Shown here in pieces: positions 18,435-27,699 of a DNA stretch of 40,000 nt. Made by a program: the position numbers and the translations under genes. The stretch is from contig LR134136.1 of NCBI GenBank assembly GCA_900635495.1, forward strand, positions 3,312,704 to 3,352,703. Reading direction: 5' to 3'. The notes under the pieces were generated by a model. The model was not told the origin of the DNA. It saw only the letters and a program-made list of their open reading frames with translations, and made no database searches. Each line of letters opens with the position of its first letter. Position 1 is the stretch's first letter. Source of the stretch: Atlantibacter hermannii (lineage in GTDB: Bacteria > Pseudomonadota > Gammaproteobacteria > Enterobacterales > Enterobacteriaceae).

Positions 18435-19874
18435 TTATCCCAACCAGGCGACAGCAATGACGCTGGAGCACAGCGACATCGCCACCAGGACAATCAGCAC
18501 CACCCGCATCGCGATCGGCACTGGCGACGCTTGCGCCACCGCCTCGCTCGGCTCGCCAGGCACCACGCGCCCGAACCAGTAGAGCAGCCAGGCGAAGCTT
18601 GCTACCGATTCAACCAGCAGCAGCACCATCAACGGCGTCATGACCCAGTAGTCACTGGAGAGCGCAAAGCCAGCGGCAAACAGCGGGAACTTACTGAAAA
18701 AGCCGTTGAACGGCGGAACCCCGGCAATCGCCAGCGCCGCGACGCAGAAACCCACGCCCAGCAGCGGCATATTGCGCATCAGCCCTTTGAGCTTCGGCAG
18801 CATACGGGTGCCGCAGCTGTAGCTCAGCGCGCCCGCCACCAGGAAGAACAGGCTCTTGGCAAAGGCGTGGTTAAAGATGTAGGCAATGCCGCTATTGAAG
18901 GCTTCTTTCGAGCCGAACACCGACATCGACAGGGCGAAGAAAATCCAGCCCAGTTGGGTGATGGTCGACCAGGCCAGCAGACGCTTCATGTCTTTTTGCG
19001 GCAGATACATCATGAAGCCGTAAACGATGGTCAGGCTCGCCATTCCCATGCCGATCCAGCCGATAATGTGTGGCACCTGATCGGCGGAAAGAATGGCGCG
19101 GGCAAAGATGTACACCCCGACTTTTACCATCGATGCGGCGTGTAAATAGGCGCTCACCGGTGTCGGCGCTTCCATGGCATCCGGCAGCCAGGCCTGAAGC
19201 GGCAACTGGGCGGATTTACCCCATGCGGCAAACAGGATGCCGCCGAACACGATCAGGCTCGACGGACCGTTCAGCTCTGCCAGCGCGCTCAGTGCGAACG
19301 TGCCGGTTTGCAGGAACAGCGTCGCCGCCGCCAGATACAGGCCTATGGACGCGACGTGGGTGATCAACAGCGCTTTCATGGCGGAGCGCTGAGATTTCGC
19401 GCTCTGGTAGTAGCCAATCAGTCCCCAGGAACAGCCGCCGGTGATTTCGAAAAACAGCAGTTGCCCGAGGATGGTGGATGACAACACCAGCCCGGCCATC
19501 GCGCCAATAAATACCAGCAGCAGCGCGTAATAGCGGTTAGTGCCGTCATGTGGATGTTCGCGGTTGCCTTTGGTCAGATACCCGGTGGAGTACAAACTGA
19601 CCAGGAAGCCTAAAAACACCACCGCGAACACAATCAGCGTGCTGACGCGATCGAGGGTGAAGCCAAACAGCGCCACATCGCCGTACTGAACCAGCGACAG
19701 CGTGGTCGGCTCCATACCGCTCAGATAAAACAGCCACGCCAGTTGAACCGTGCCGAGCGTCGCCAGCAGCGCGACGCCAGTACACAGCCACGGCGCATAA
19801 CGCTGCGGCAGGCAGGCCGTGAGCAGCGCCCCGATAAAGGGAATCAGCAGGGTCGCAAGTGCGATAGTTTCCAT
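18435..19874 (-). CDS. hyfD: Hydrogenase-4 membrane subunit (NuoL/M/N antiporter-like)
   Basis: The 479-aa polytopic membrane protein matches my recollection of the length of E. coli HyfD and sits in the same operon position. Confidence 0.9.
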   Translation of the reverse strand: METIALATLLIPFIGALLTACLPQRYAPWLCTGVALLATLGTVQLAWLFYLSGMEPTTLSLVQYGDVALFGFTLDRVSTLIVFAVVFLGFLVSLYSTGYLTKGNREHPHDGTNRYYALLLVFIGAMAGLVLSSTILGQLLFFEITGGCSWGLIGYYQSAKSQRSAMKALLITHVASIGLYLAAATLFLQTGTFALSALAELNGPSSLIVFGGILFAAWGKSAQLPLQAWLPDAMEAPTPVSAYLHAASMVKVGVYIFARAILSADQVPHIIGWIGMGMASLTIVYGFMMYLPQKDMKRLLAWSTITQLGWIFFALSMSVFGSKEAFNSGIAYIFNHAFAKSLFFLVAGALSYSCGTRMLPKLKGLMRNMPLLGVGFCVAALAIAGVPPFNGFFSKFPLFAAGFALSSDYWVMTPLMVLLLVESVASFAWLLYWFGRVVPGEPSEAVAQASPVPIAMRVVLIVLVAMSLCSSVIAVAWLG

Positions 19875-19892
19875 AATGGTTTCCCTGGCTCC

Positions 19893-20843
19893 TTACAGAC
19901 CGGTTAAGTAAAAAACGAAGGCCAGCGCCGCAACGCCGAAACCAAGCCAGGTGACCCGGTGGGTCAACAGGAAGCGTCCACGCGCAAGGCTGTTCTCAAC
20001 CAGCCCGGCCAGCACAAACACCACCAGCAGCTTGATGCAGGTGGCGAGCACCGCCCACATCAGTTCAGGCGGGGTGAACTCCGCCGCTTTGCCATACGGA
20101 ATAAACACGGCCAGGAAAAGTTGCGCGACCACGACCTGTTTCAGGCCCAGCCCCCATTTCACCAGCGCGAATCCTGAGCCGGAGTACTCGGTCAGCGGCC
20201 CTTCCTGGAGTTCCTGCTCTGCTTCTGCAAGGTCGAACGGCAGTTTGCCCATCTCGATAAAGCAGACGAACGCGCAGGCGACAAACGCCAGCAGCGTGGC
20301 GGTCGGCGAGCTCCAGCCCTGCGCCAGGGTGGCGCTGATAGTGCCGATATTGGTGGAGCCGGCAATCAGCGCCACCACCAGCAGCGCGAGGATCAGCGTC
20401 GGTTCCACTAAAATGCCGATCACCAGTTCGCGGCTGGCGCCGATCCCGGCGAAAGTACTGCCGGTATCCAGCCCGGAGAGCGAGAAGAAAAAGCGGAACA
20501 GCGCAAACAGGTACAGTAGCGTTATCAAATCCCCTGCACCGCCGAACGGCGACATCAGGGTGAAGATCGGTAACGTCATCGCCACCAGCAGCATCGATCC
20601 CAGCAGCACGTAAGGCATGATGCGGAACATCGCGCCCGACTGCGCTGGTGCCACTTCCTGGCGTTTGAGTAATTTGGCGATATCACGGTAGTCCTGCCAG
20701 ATGCCCGGCCCCTGACGCGAATGCATCCGGGCGCGGATCTGGCGGGAAATACCGGTCAGTAATGGGGTAACCCCCAGCATAATCAGGGCCTGAACCAGCG
20801 CGAACAGCCCCATGGTCAGCGTCGGTGTGTGTTGCGTTAACAT
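19893..20843 (-). CDS. hyfC: Hydrogenase-4 membrane subunit (NuoH-like)
   Basis: The 316-aa ORF has …TGISRQIRARMHSRQGPGIWQDYRDI…EAEQELQEGPLTEYSG… and is colinear with E. coli HyfC/HycD. Confidence 0.92.
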   Translation of the reverse strand: MLTQHTPTLTMGLFALVQALIMLGVTPLLTGISRQIRARMHSRQGPGIWQDYRDIAKLLKRQEVAPAQSGAMFRIMPYVLLGSMLLVAMTLPIFTLMSPFGGAGDLITLLYLFALFRFFFSLSGLDTGSTFAGIGASRELVIGILVEPTLILALLVVALIAGSTNIGTISATLAQGWSSPTATLLAFVACAFVCFIEMGKLPFDLAEAEQELQEGPLTEYSGSGFALVKWGLGLKQVVVAQLFLAVFIPYGKAAEFTPPELMWAVLATCIKLLVVFVLAGLVENSLARGRFLLTHRVTWLGFGVAALAFVFYLTGL

Positions 20844-20854
20844 GCGCTCCCTCC

Positions 20855-22871
20855 TCAGACCGCGGTGATCACGAGTAAAACGACCAACGCCGCCACGACG
20901 TACAGGCAGTAGAGACGGAAATCCCCACCCTGCAGTCGCTGTATCCCGCCACCCATGGACTGGGTCAGGCGGACCAACGGATAGATGATTTTTTCATCCC
21001 AAAACGGCTCGACACGGGTCGCGCCAGCGGTGGTTTTCTCCAGCGCACGTCCCAGCCCGACCGACGGGTCAAGCTGACGGCGCAGTTTGTACAGCGAGGA
21101 GAACATCACGCGCAGCGGCTGGGTAAAGCTGCCAGCAGAGGCCGACATCGCTTCTTCCCAGGCGTAACCACAGGCCCACGGTTCACCGCGGCGGCGGAAA
21201 CTCTGCTGTCCGCGACGGTTTGAGAGGTAAATCATCAGAGGGATCAACGGCAGGGTCAGCAGCAGAATGAACATCACCGCAGGCGAAAGCATGGCCTGAT
21301 GCGCCACACCCGGTACCAGCAGCGCGCCCTGGCTGACCGCCACGTCGGGCGCCTGGACCAGACCGCTGGCAATGTTGGCGATGATCGGCGCAATCCACGC
21401 CGCACCCACGCCCAGCACCACACAGAGCAGCGCCAGCAGCAGCATCGCGCTCGTCATCGGCCACGGCACTTCACGCGCCTCGGCCGCTTTTTCGCTACGT
21501 GCGCCACCGCAGAAGCTTATGCCGTAGACTTTAACGAAGCACATGGCCGCCAGCGCCCCGGTGATCGCTAGCATCACCATGGCAATCGGGCCGCTCAGTT
21601 TCATAATAAAGCTGCCGTCGCGGCTCATGGTAAACAGCGACTGATAGGTGTACCACTCGCTGATAAACCCGTTGAGCGGCGGCAGTGCAGAAATCGCCAT
21701 ACAGCCGACCAGGAATGCCATGCCGGTGAGCGGCATCAGTTTGCCTAATCCGCCCATTTTTTCCATATCGCGGGTATGCACGCGGAAGATGATCGCGCCC
21801 GCGCCGAGGAACAGCAGCCCTTTAAACACCGCATGGTTCACCAGGTGGTAAAGCGCGCCAAGAATGCCGAGCGTCGCCAGCACCGGATGGCCGGTGGCAA
21901 TCCCCACCATGCCGACGCCGACACCCATCAAAATAATCCCGATGTTTTCCACGGTGTGCCAGGCCAGCAGGCGTTTGATGTCGTGCTCTGCCAGCGCATA
22001 CAGCACGCCCAGCACCGCCGAAACCGCACCGAACGCCAGCACCACAATCCCCCACCACAGTTGAGTGGCGAGTAAAATCAATGCCGACTTTGATAATCCC
22101 GAAGATACCGATTTTGACCATCACCCCCGACATTAATGCCGAAGCGTGAGACGGCGCGGCAGGGTGAGCGCGGGGCAGCCAGCTGTGCAGCGGCAGCATC
22201 CCGGCTTTGGCGCCGAAGCCCAAAAACGCCAGCAGGAAGACGACAGACGCGGTCCCCGGCGAGAGTTGCAGGGTACGGAAGCTGGCGAAATCGAGACTGC
22301 CGCTTTCCCGCCACAGCAGGAAAAACGCCATCATGATCAGCACCGACCCGGCATGGGCGATAAAGAAGTACAGCAAGCCGGCGCTGACCGATTCGTCGTC
22401 CTGTTCAGCGATAACCAGGAACCACGACGCCAGCGACATCATTTCAAACAGGATGATGAAGTAGAACGCGTTGTCCATCACCACCAGGCCGACCATAGAG
22501 GCGATAAACAGATTCATAAAGAATCCCATGCCCCATGCGCCGCGCCCGCGATATTCCTGGACATACGAAAGTGAGTACAGCGAGCACACCACCACCAGCA
22601 GCGAAATCACCAGCACCATAAACGCCGCCAGACCATCCAGCCGCACGCTAAAAGCGGCGAACGGGAACAGCCCCTGGGTGGCAAACACCACCGCATCGCC
22701 GCCCATTACCACCGGCCAGGCGGCGGCAATGCCGAGAATGCCGCCGATCATGGCGCTCACGCCTGCGGCATAAATTGCGATCCGCTCCGCATGGCGCAGC
22801 AGCAAGGATGCGCAACCGCCCGCCACGTAAAACACGATGGCCCACAGAAGAAGCTGAAGAGAATCCATCAT
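20855..22871 (-). pseudogene. hyfB: Hydrogenase-4 membrane subunit (NuoL/M/N antiporter-like). There is one frame break as assembled.
   Basis: ORFs 21822..22871 and 20855..22081 join at …GIFGIIKVGID|LLATQLWWGIV… into ~671 aa, colinear with E. coli HyfB. The break is in the AAAA run 22074-22077. The ATG overlaps the hyfA stop. Confidence 0.9.
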
Positions 22872-23491
22872 AATTTCTGCTCCTGAGAGTAAGTGGGGAA
22901 CAGGTTCAGCTCCGGCGGCAGGCTACTCATCGCCGCCAGCCTCCGTGCTTTCGCTTCCCGGGCGATGGCGCGTTCATCCACCAGTTTCAGCGCGGCGGTC
23001 GGGCAAACGCTGACGCACGCCGGGCCTTCCGGGTTGAAATCACACAGGTCGCATTTCACCGCCACACTGCGTACACCCGCATTCCAGGCAAGGAAGGGGT
23101 TCATACTGGCAGGGCTTTCCGGCACATCCGCCAGCAGATTTGCCGGGACGTAATTTTCGAATTGCGTGGGAATAGACAATGGGCGGCTGCCCGATGGCGT
23201 GATAGCCCCGAAAGGACAAGCCAAACCGCACAACTTACAGCCGATACACAGGCTTTCGTTGAGGACGATGGCGTTGTTCTCATGCGTAATGGCGTTCACC
23301 GGACACACCCTGGCGCAGGGGGCATCCTCGCAGTGACGGCAAAGCATGGGGGCGGTCTGCGCGTCAGCTCGGGTGACGGTCAGACGTGGATGCGATTGTA
23401 GTCCCTGAGCCTTATGGGCTTCCGAACAGGCAGCCATACAGGTGTTGCATCCGATACATAGCTGTGGCTCCGCAATCACGAAGCGATTCAT
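22868..23491 (-). CDS. hyfA: Hydrogenase-4 4Fe-4S ferredoxin subunit
   Basis: From ATG 23491 (GGAGG upstream) the protein MNRFVIAEPQLCIGCNTCMAAC… is colinear with E. coli HyfA. The ORF-track start 23542 adds 17 unsupported residues. Confidence 0.9.
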   Translation of the reverse strand: MNRFVIAEPQLCIGCNTCMAACSEAHKAQGLQSHPRLTVTRADAQTAPMLCRHCEDAPCARVCPVNAITHENNAIVLNESLCIGCKLCGLACPFGAITPSGSRPLSIPTQFENYVPANLLADVPESPASMNPFLAWNAGVRSVAVKCDLCDFNPEGPACVSVCPTAALKLVDERAIAREAKARRLAAMSSLPPELNLFPTYSQEQKL

Positions 23492-23574
23492 CGCTGTACC
23501 CTCCAAATCATATGAATAACAGCGAGTCGATACCGTCGGCATTGCCCACTGCTTGTCTTGTCAGCAGGCTGTTA

Positions 23575-23590
23575 AGCAGGAACCGTGCCA
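23575..23590 (-). promoter_or_regulatory. sigma54 promoter of the hyf operon
   Basis: The minus strand reads TGGCACGGTTCCTGCT, with GG/GC spacing as in TGGCACG-N4-TTGCW. It lies ~85 nt upstream of the hyfA ATG. An AT-rich stretch at 23592-23640 lies between it and the upstream TGTCGA motifs. Confidence 0.75.
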
Positions 23591-23778
23591 GATTGTTAAA
23601 AACTAAAAATAACCATATTATTCAATAAATTATATTTGAAAGCGCGTCCATCAAGCCGCCTGTCGAGCCGGGTAAAATGCCGAGTCGTCATTTGTGTCGA
23701 CACCCTGCTGTCAATCAGCACTGGCGTGAGGGCTAAGGAGAAGACGTGCCGGGCTGGCGGCACGCGGGATGACAGGTG

Positions 23779-24222
23779 TTATTCGTGATGGGCGTGCGAA
23801 TGATGATGGGTATGCGCGTCGTCATGTTCGACCGGAACCACAATCACCTGACCGTGGCGTACGCCGCGTTCGGTGATGACTTTATCGGCAAAGTTGCGCA
23901 CATTTTGCGTCTCGCCTTTCAGCAATGAGACTTCCAGGCAACTGCCGTGATCAAGATGCACATGCAGGCTGGTGAGGGAAAGATCGTGATGATCGTGGAA
24001 AGTGCGCGTCAGCCGGCGCGATAGCTCGCGGGCTTCATGATCGTAAATATAAAACAATGCCGCGATGCACGGCCCGGTGGCACTACTGGCTGCGGCATCC
24101 TGCAATCCGGCGCGAACCAGATCGCGCACCGCTTCGGAACGGTTTTGATAGCCACGGGCCTGGATTAACGCATCCACGTCCGCCAGTAAATCATCATCAA
24201 GTGACAGGGTTACACGTTGCAT
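23779..24222 (-). CDS. nikR: Nickel-responsive regulator NikR (ribbon-helix-helix plus ACT-like domain) with a His-rich C-terminal extension
   Basis: The 147-aa ORF begins MQRVTLSLDDDLLADVDALIQARGYQNRSEAVRDLVR and continues …HHDLS…LHVHLDH..CLEV..LKG…FADKVI..RGVRHG, colinear with E. coli NikR. It has an extra tail VPVEHDDAHTHHHSHAHHE. Confidence 0.9.
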   Translation of the reverse strand: MQRVTLSLDDDLLADVDALIQARGYQNRSEAVRDLVRAGLQDAAASSATGPCIAALFYIYDHEARELSRRLTRTFHDHHDLSLTSLHVHLDHGSCLEVSLLKGETQNVRNFADKVITERGVRHGQVIVVPVEHDDAHTHHHSHAHHE

Positions 24223-24467
24223 AGCTCAATCCCCAAAAGAGTCATTGGCGCAGTATCGCATTCCCCACGGCGGGGAACATTGACGCAGCCCGGCATGTAG
24301 GCGTTCCACACCTTTCGGCTATCAGACGGCCAGGCGGACACGGCCGGATAAGGATTGCGGCCCCCCTGGATCGCGTCTGTTGCACGGGTTATCTGTGAGC
24401 GGACCTCAATTTTGCTACGATATGAATAATCGCGCTTTGTACTGAAGCGCGATTTATCGCAAACAGA

Positions 24468-26477
24468 ATGGATAATGTTATGAGTGAAATTGAAACCACA
24501 CCCGGGAAACCGAAAAGCCAGATTAACAAAGCAGTCTTTTTTACCTCTGCTTTGTTAATTTTCCTTTTGGTCGCTTTTGCGGCGATTTTCCCCGATCTTG
24601 CTGATAAAAACTTTAAACTTTTACAGCAACAAATCTTCATAAATGCCAGCTGGTTTTACATTCTGGCTGTCGCGCTGATACTGCTCAGCGTGACCTTTCT
24701 CGGCCTTTCCCGATACGGTGATATCAAACTCGGGCCCGACCATGCCCAGCCCGATTTCAGCTATCACTCCTGGTTCGCGATGTTGTTTTCAGCGGGCATG
24801 GGTATCGGGTTGATGTTCTTTGGCGTGGCGGAACCCGTCATGCACTACCTCTCGCCGCCGGTAGGAACGCCAGAGACTATTGCTGCTGCAAAAGAAGCGC
24901 TGCGTCTGACGTTCTTCCACTGGGGCCTGCACGCCTGGGCTATTTATGCCATTGTGGCATTAATTCTGGCATTTTTTAGCTATCGGCACGGGCTGCCCCT
25001 GACGCTCCGTTCGGCGCTGTATCCTATCATTGGCGAAAAAATATATGGCCCGGCCGGGCACGCGGTGGACATCTTTGCCGTTATCGGCACCGTGTTCGGC
25101 GTGGCGACATCGCTGGGATATGGCGTGCTTCAGGTGAACGCGGGGTTAAACCACCTTTTTGGCATCCCTGTAAACGAAACGGTTCAGGTGATCCTGATCG
25201 TCGTCATTACCGCTATGGCAACCATATCGGTGGTTTCCGGGCTGGATAAAGGCATCCGTATTCTCTCCGAACTGAACCTGGGACTCGCCTTATTACTGCT
25301 CGCCATGGTGCTGCTGTTAGGCCCGACCGTTCTGCTTCTGAAATCTTTCGTCGAAAATACTGGCGGGTATCTCTCTGAACTGGTGAGCAAAACCTTCAAC
25401 CTGTATGCCTATGAGCCTAAATCCAGTAACTGGCTGGGTGGCTGGACGCTGCTGTACTGGGGATGGTGGCTTTCATGGTCACCGTTTGTCGGTATGTTTA
25501 TCGCCCGTGTCTCACGAGGCAGGACAATCCGTGAATTTGTCACTGGCGTTCTGTTCGTACCGGCAGGTTTTACCTTGCTGTGGATGACCGTTTTTGGCAA
25601 CAGCGCCATCAATCTCATTATGTATAAAGGTGCCACGGATCTGGCTGACACCGTCCAGCAGGACGTCTCCCTGGCGCTGTTTAACTTCCTGGAACATTTC
25701 CCGTTCTCAAGCGTACTGTCGTTTATCGCTATGGCGATGGTAATCGTCTTCTTTATCACCTCGGCGGATTCCGGCGCTATGGTGGTGGACACACTGGCCT
25801 CCGGCGGTTCCAGCCAGACGCCTGTGTGGCAGCGGATTTTCTGGGCATCACTGATGGGCATTGTGGCCATTGCGCTTCTGGTGGCGGGCGGGTTGAGCGC
25901 CCTGCAAACGGTCACCATTGCCAGTGCGCTTCCGTTCTCCATTATTCTGCTTATCTCGATATACGGGCTGCTTAAAGCGCTGCGTCGGGATATGACCAAG
26001 CGGGAGAGCCTGAGCAGGGCGACAATCGCGCCGACTGCCGCCCGGAATCCGATTCCGTGGCAACGCCGGTTACGTAATATCGCTTATCTGCCGAAACGTT
26101 CGCTGGTTAAACGCTTTATGGTCGATGTCATTCGCCCGGCCATGGTGCTGGTGCAGGATGAGCTTGCGAAGCAAGGTACGCTTAGCCATATCAGTGACGA
26201 ACATGAAGATCGCCTTCGTCTGGAAGTGGATCTGGGAAATGAGCTTAACTTTATCTATGAAGTCAGGCTTCGCGGCTACAACTCCCCGACATTTGCCCTT
26301 TCCGCGCTGGAGAGTGACGAGCACCAGACAGAACAGCATAAGTACTATCGCGCTGAAATCTATCTGAAAGAAGGCGGGCAAAATTATGACGTTATGGGCT
26401 GGAATCAGGAGCAGTTGATTAACGACATTCTTGACCAGTATGAAAAACATCTGCATTTTCTCCATCTGGTTCGCTAA
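24468..26477 (+). CDS. BCCT-family (BetT-like) choline/betaine transporter with a long cytoplasmic C-terminal domain
   Basis: The 669-aa ORF has BCCT signatures (…WTLLYWGWWLSWSPFVGMFIARVSRGRTIREF…) and a C-terminus …DILDQYEKHLHFLHL resembling that of E. coli BetT. No betIBA genes are adjacent. Confidence 0.88.
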   Translation: MDNVMSEIETTPGKPKSQINKAVFFTSALLIFLLVAFAAIFPDLADKNFKLLQQQIFINASWFYILAVALILLSVTFLGLSRYGDIKLGPDHAQPDFSYHSWFAMLFSAGMGIGLMFFGVAEPVMHYLSPPVGTPETIAAAKEALRLTFFHWGLHAWAIYAIVALILAFFSYRHGLPLTLRSALYPIIGEKIYGPAGHAVDIFAVIGTVFGVATSLGYGVLQVNAGLNHLFGIPVNETVQVILIVVITAMATISVVSGLDKGIRILSELNLGLALLLLAMVLLLGPTVLLLKSFVENTGGYLSELVSKTFNLYAYEPKSSNWLGGWTLLYWGWWLSWSPFVGMFIARVSRGRTIREFVTGVLFVPAGFTLLWMTVFGNSAINLIMYKGATDLADTVQQDVSLALFNFLEHFPFSSVLSFIAMAMVIVFFITSADSGAMVVDTLASGGSSQTPVWQRIFWASLMGIVAIALLVAGGLSALQTVTIASALPFSIILLISIYGLLKALRRDMTKRESLSRATIAPTAARNPIPWQRRLRNIAYLPKRSLVKRFMVDVIRPAMVLVQDELAKQGTLSHISDEHEDRLRLEVDLGNELNFIYEVRLRGYNSPTFALSALESDEHQTEQHKYYRAEIYLKEGGQNYDVMGWNQEQLINDILDQYEKHLHFLHLVR

Positions 26478-26480
26478 CCC

Positions 26481-26511
26481 AAAATGCCGTCCACTGGACG
26501 GCATTTTTTTT
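26481..26511. terminator. Bidirectional rho-independent terminator between the BCCT gene and norW
   Basis: The stem AAAATGCCGTC (26481-26491) / GACGGCATTTT (26497-26507) has a 5-nt loop. The T-run continues to 26511 on the plus strand, and the A/T-run serves the minus strand. Confidence 0.8.
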
Positions 26512-26564
26512 GGAGGACATGAAAGTGACAGGCAAGGCGGCGAGGAGCTCGCGTCACGGGCTTT

Positions 26565-27699
26565 TCAGCACGGCAACGCTTTCAGCAAGCTAAACGCCTC
26601 TTTCATTTTATCCTCGCTCACCACGAAGGCGCGCAACTGGCCTTCGGCATCCATCCCTTTCGCGACCATGCCCTGGGCTTCGGTCGTGATCTGCCAGTTA
26701 AGATCGCTGCGGCGCGTTTCGCCTGCCAGGTGCAGCGGCAACGCGGGCGTTTTCACCTTAATCAGCATGGCGGGTAGCTTGAGCGGCGCATGGCTGCCGA
26801 GCAGGTTTTTCGCCAGCGTCATGGCGCTGAGCTGGATCGGTTGCAGGAAGGGCATAAGCTGCCCGTCGATCTCCGCGCAGTCGCCCAGCGCATAAATATC
26901 CGGCTTGCTGGTCCTCAAAGTGTTATCCACCACGATCCCGCGATTGACCTCGACGCCTGCGCTACGGGCCAGGGCCGTTTCCGGACGCAGACCGGTGGCG
27001 GCAATCACCGCGTCGACCTCAATATGACGATCGCGATCGAACGTGGCGCGAATGCCGCTCGCGGTCTGTTCCAGCGTCAGCAACTGCGAATTCAGCAGCA
27101 GATGCACACCCATCTCCGTTAAGCGGTGCTGAAGACGGCTGCTGACTTCCGGCGGCAATAATGTCGCCAGAATGCTGGCAGTGTTGTCCACCAGCGTCAC
27201 TGCCTTACCGGCGCGGGTGAAGTCCATCGCCAGTTCGCTGCCGATCAAGCCGCCGCCGACGATCAATACGCGGCGCGCATCAAACAGTTGGGACTCACAG
27301 GCGCGGTATTCAAGCTGGCTGTTGAGCGTCAGCATCAGTTCACGCCCCGCTACCGGCGGGATAAACGCGCTGGCGCCGGTCGCCAGAACCAGTTTTGTCG
27401 TACGACCACTGGTTATCGGCGCTTTTCACCAGATGCGCGTCGGCATCGATCGCATTAATCCAGGTATAGGGAAACAGACGCACGTTGTACTGCTCGGCAA
27501 ATTCGCCTGCCGACTGACGGGTCATGTCATCCGCACGCTGGCCCAGGCTCATCACGTGGCTCAGGTCAGGTTTGCTGTATTCGTCCATGCTGTCGGCGGC
27601 GATGAGCGTGATCGCCACCTGGCTGTCCTGTTTACGCAGATTTTTGACCAGTTGCCGGGCCGCGAAGCCCGACCCGATAATCACAATCCCGTGGCTCAT
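26565..27699 (-). pseudogene. norW: NADH:flavorubredoxin reductase. There is one frame break as assembled.
   Basis: ORFs 27340..27699 and 26565..27335 join at …NQWSYDK|[33 protein letters not shown]… into 377 aa, colinear with E. coli NorW. The break is in the TTTT run 27393-27396. Confidence 0.9.

Noticed and set aside
24223-24467. A NikR operator (GTATGA-N16-TCATAC) near nikR, near the hyf promoter, or elsewhere in the window.
   Set aside because: Isolated GTATGA or TCATAC hexamers occur (for example near 26445 and 8843), but none has the partner half-site at the right spacing.
24389-24640. An 83-codon minus-strand ORF overlapping the start of the BCCT transporter gene.
   Set aside because: It is antisense to the conserved N-terminus of the transporter. 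It has no RBS and no recognisable family.
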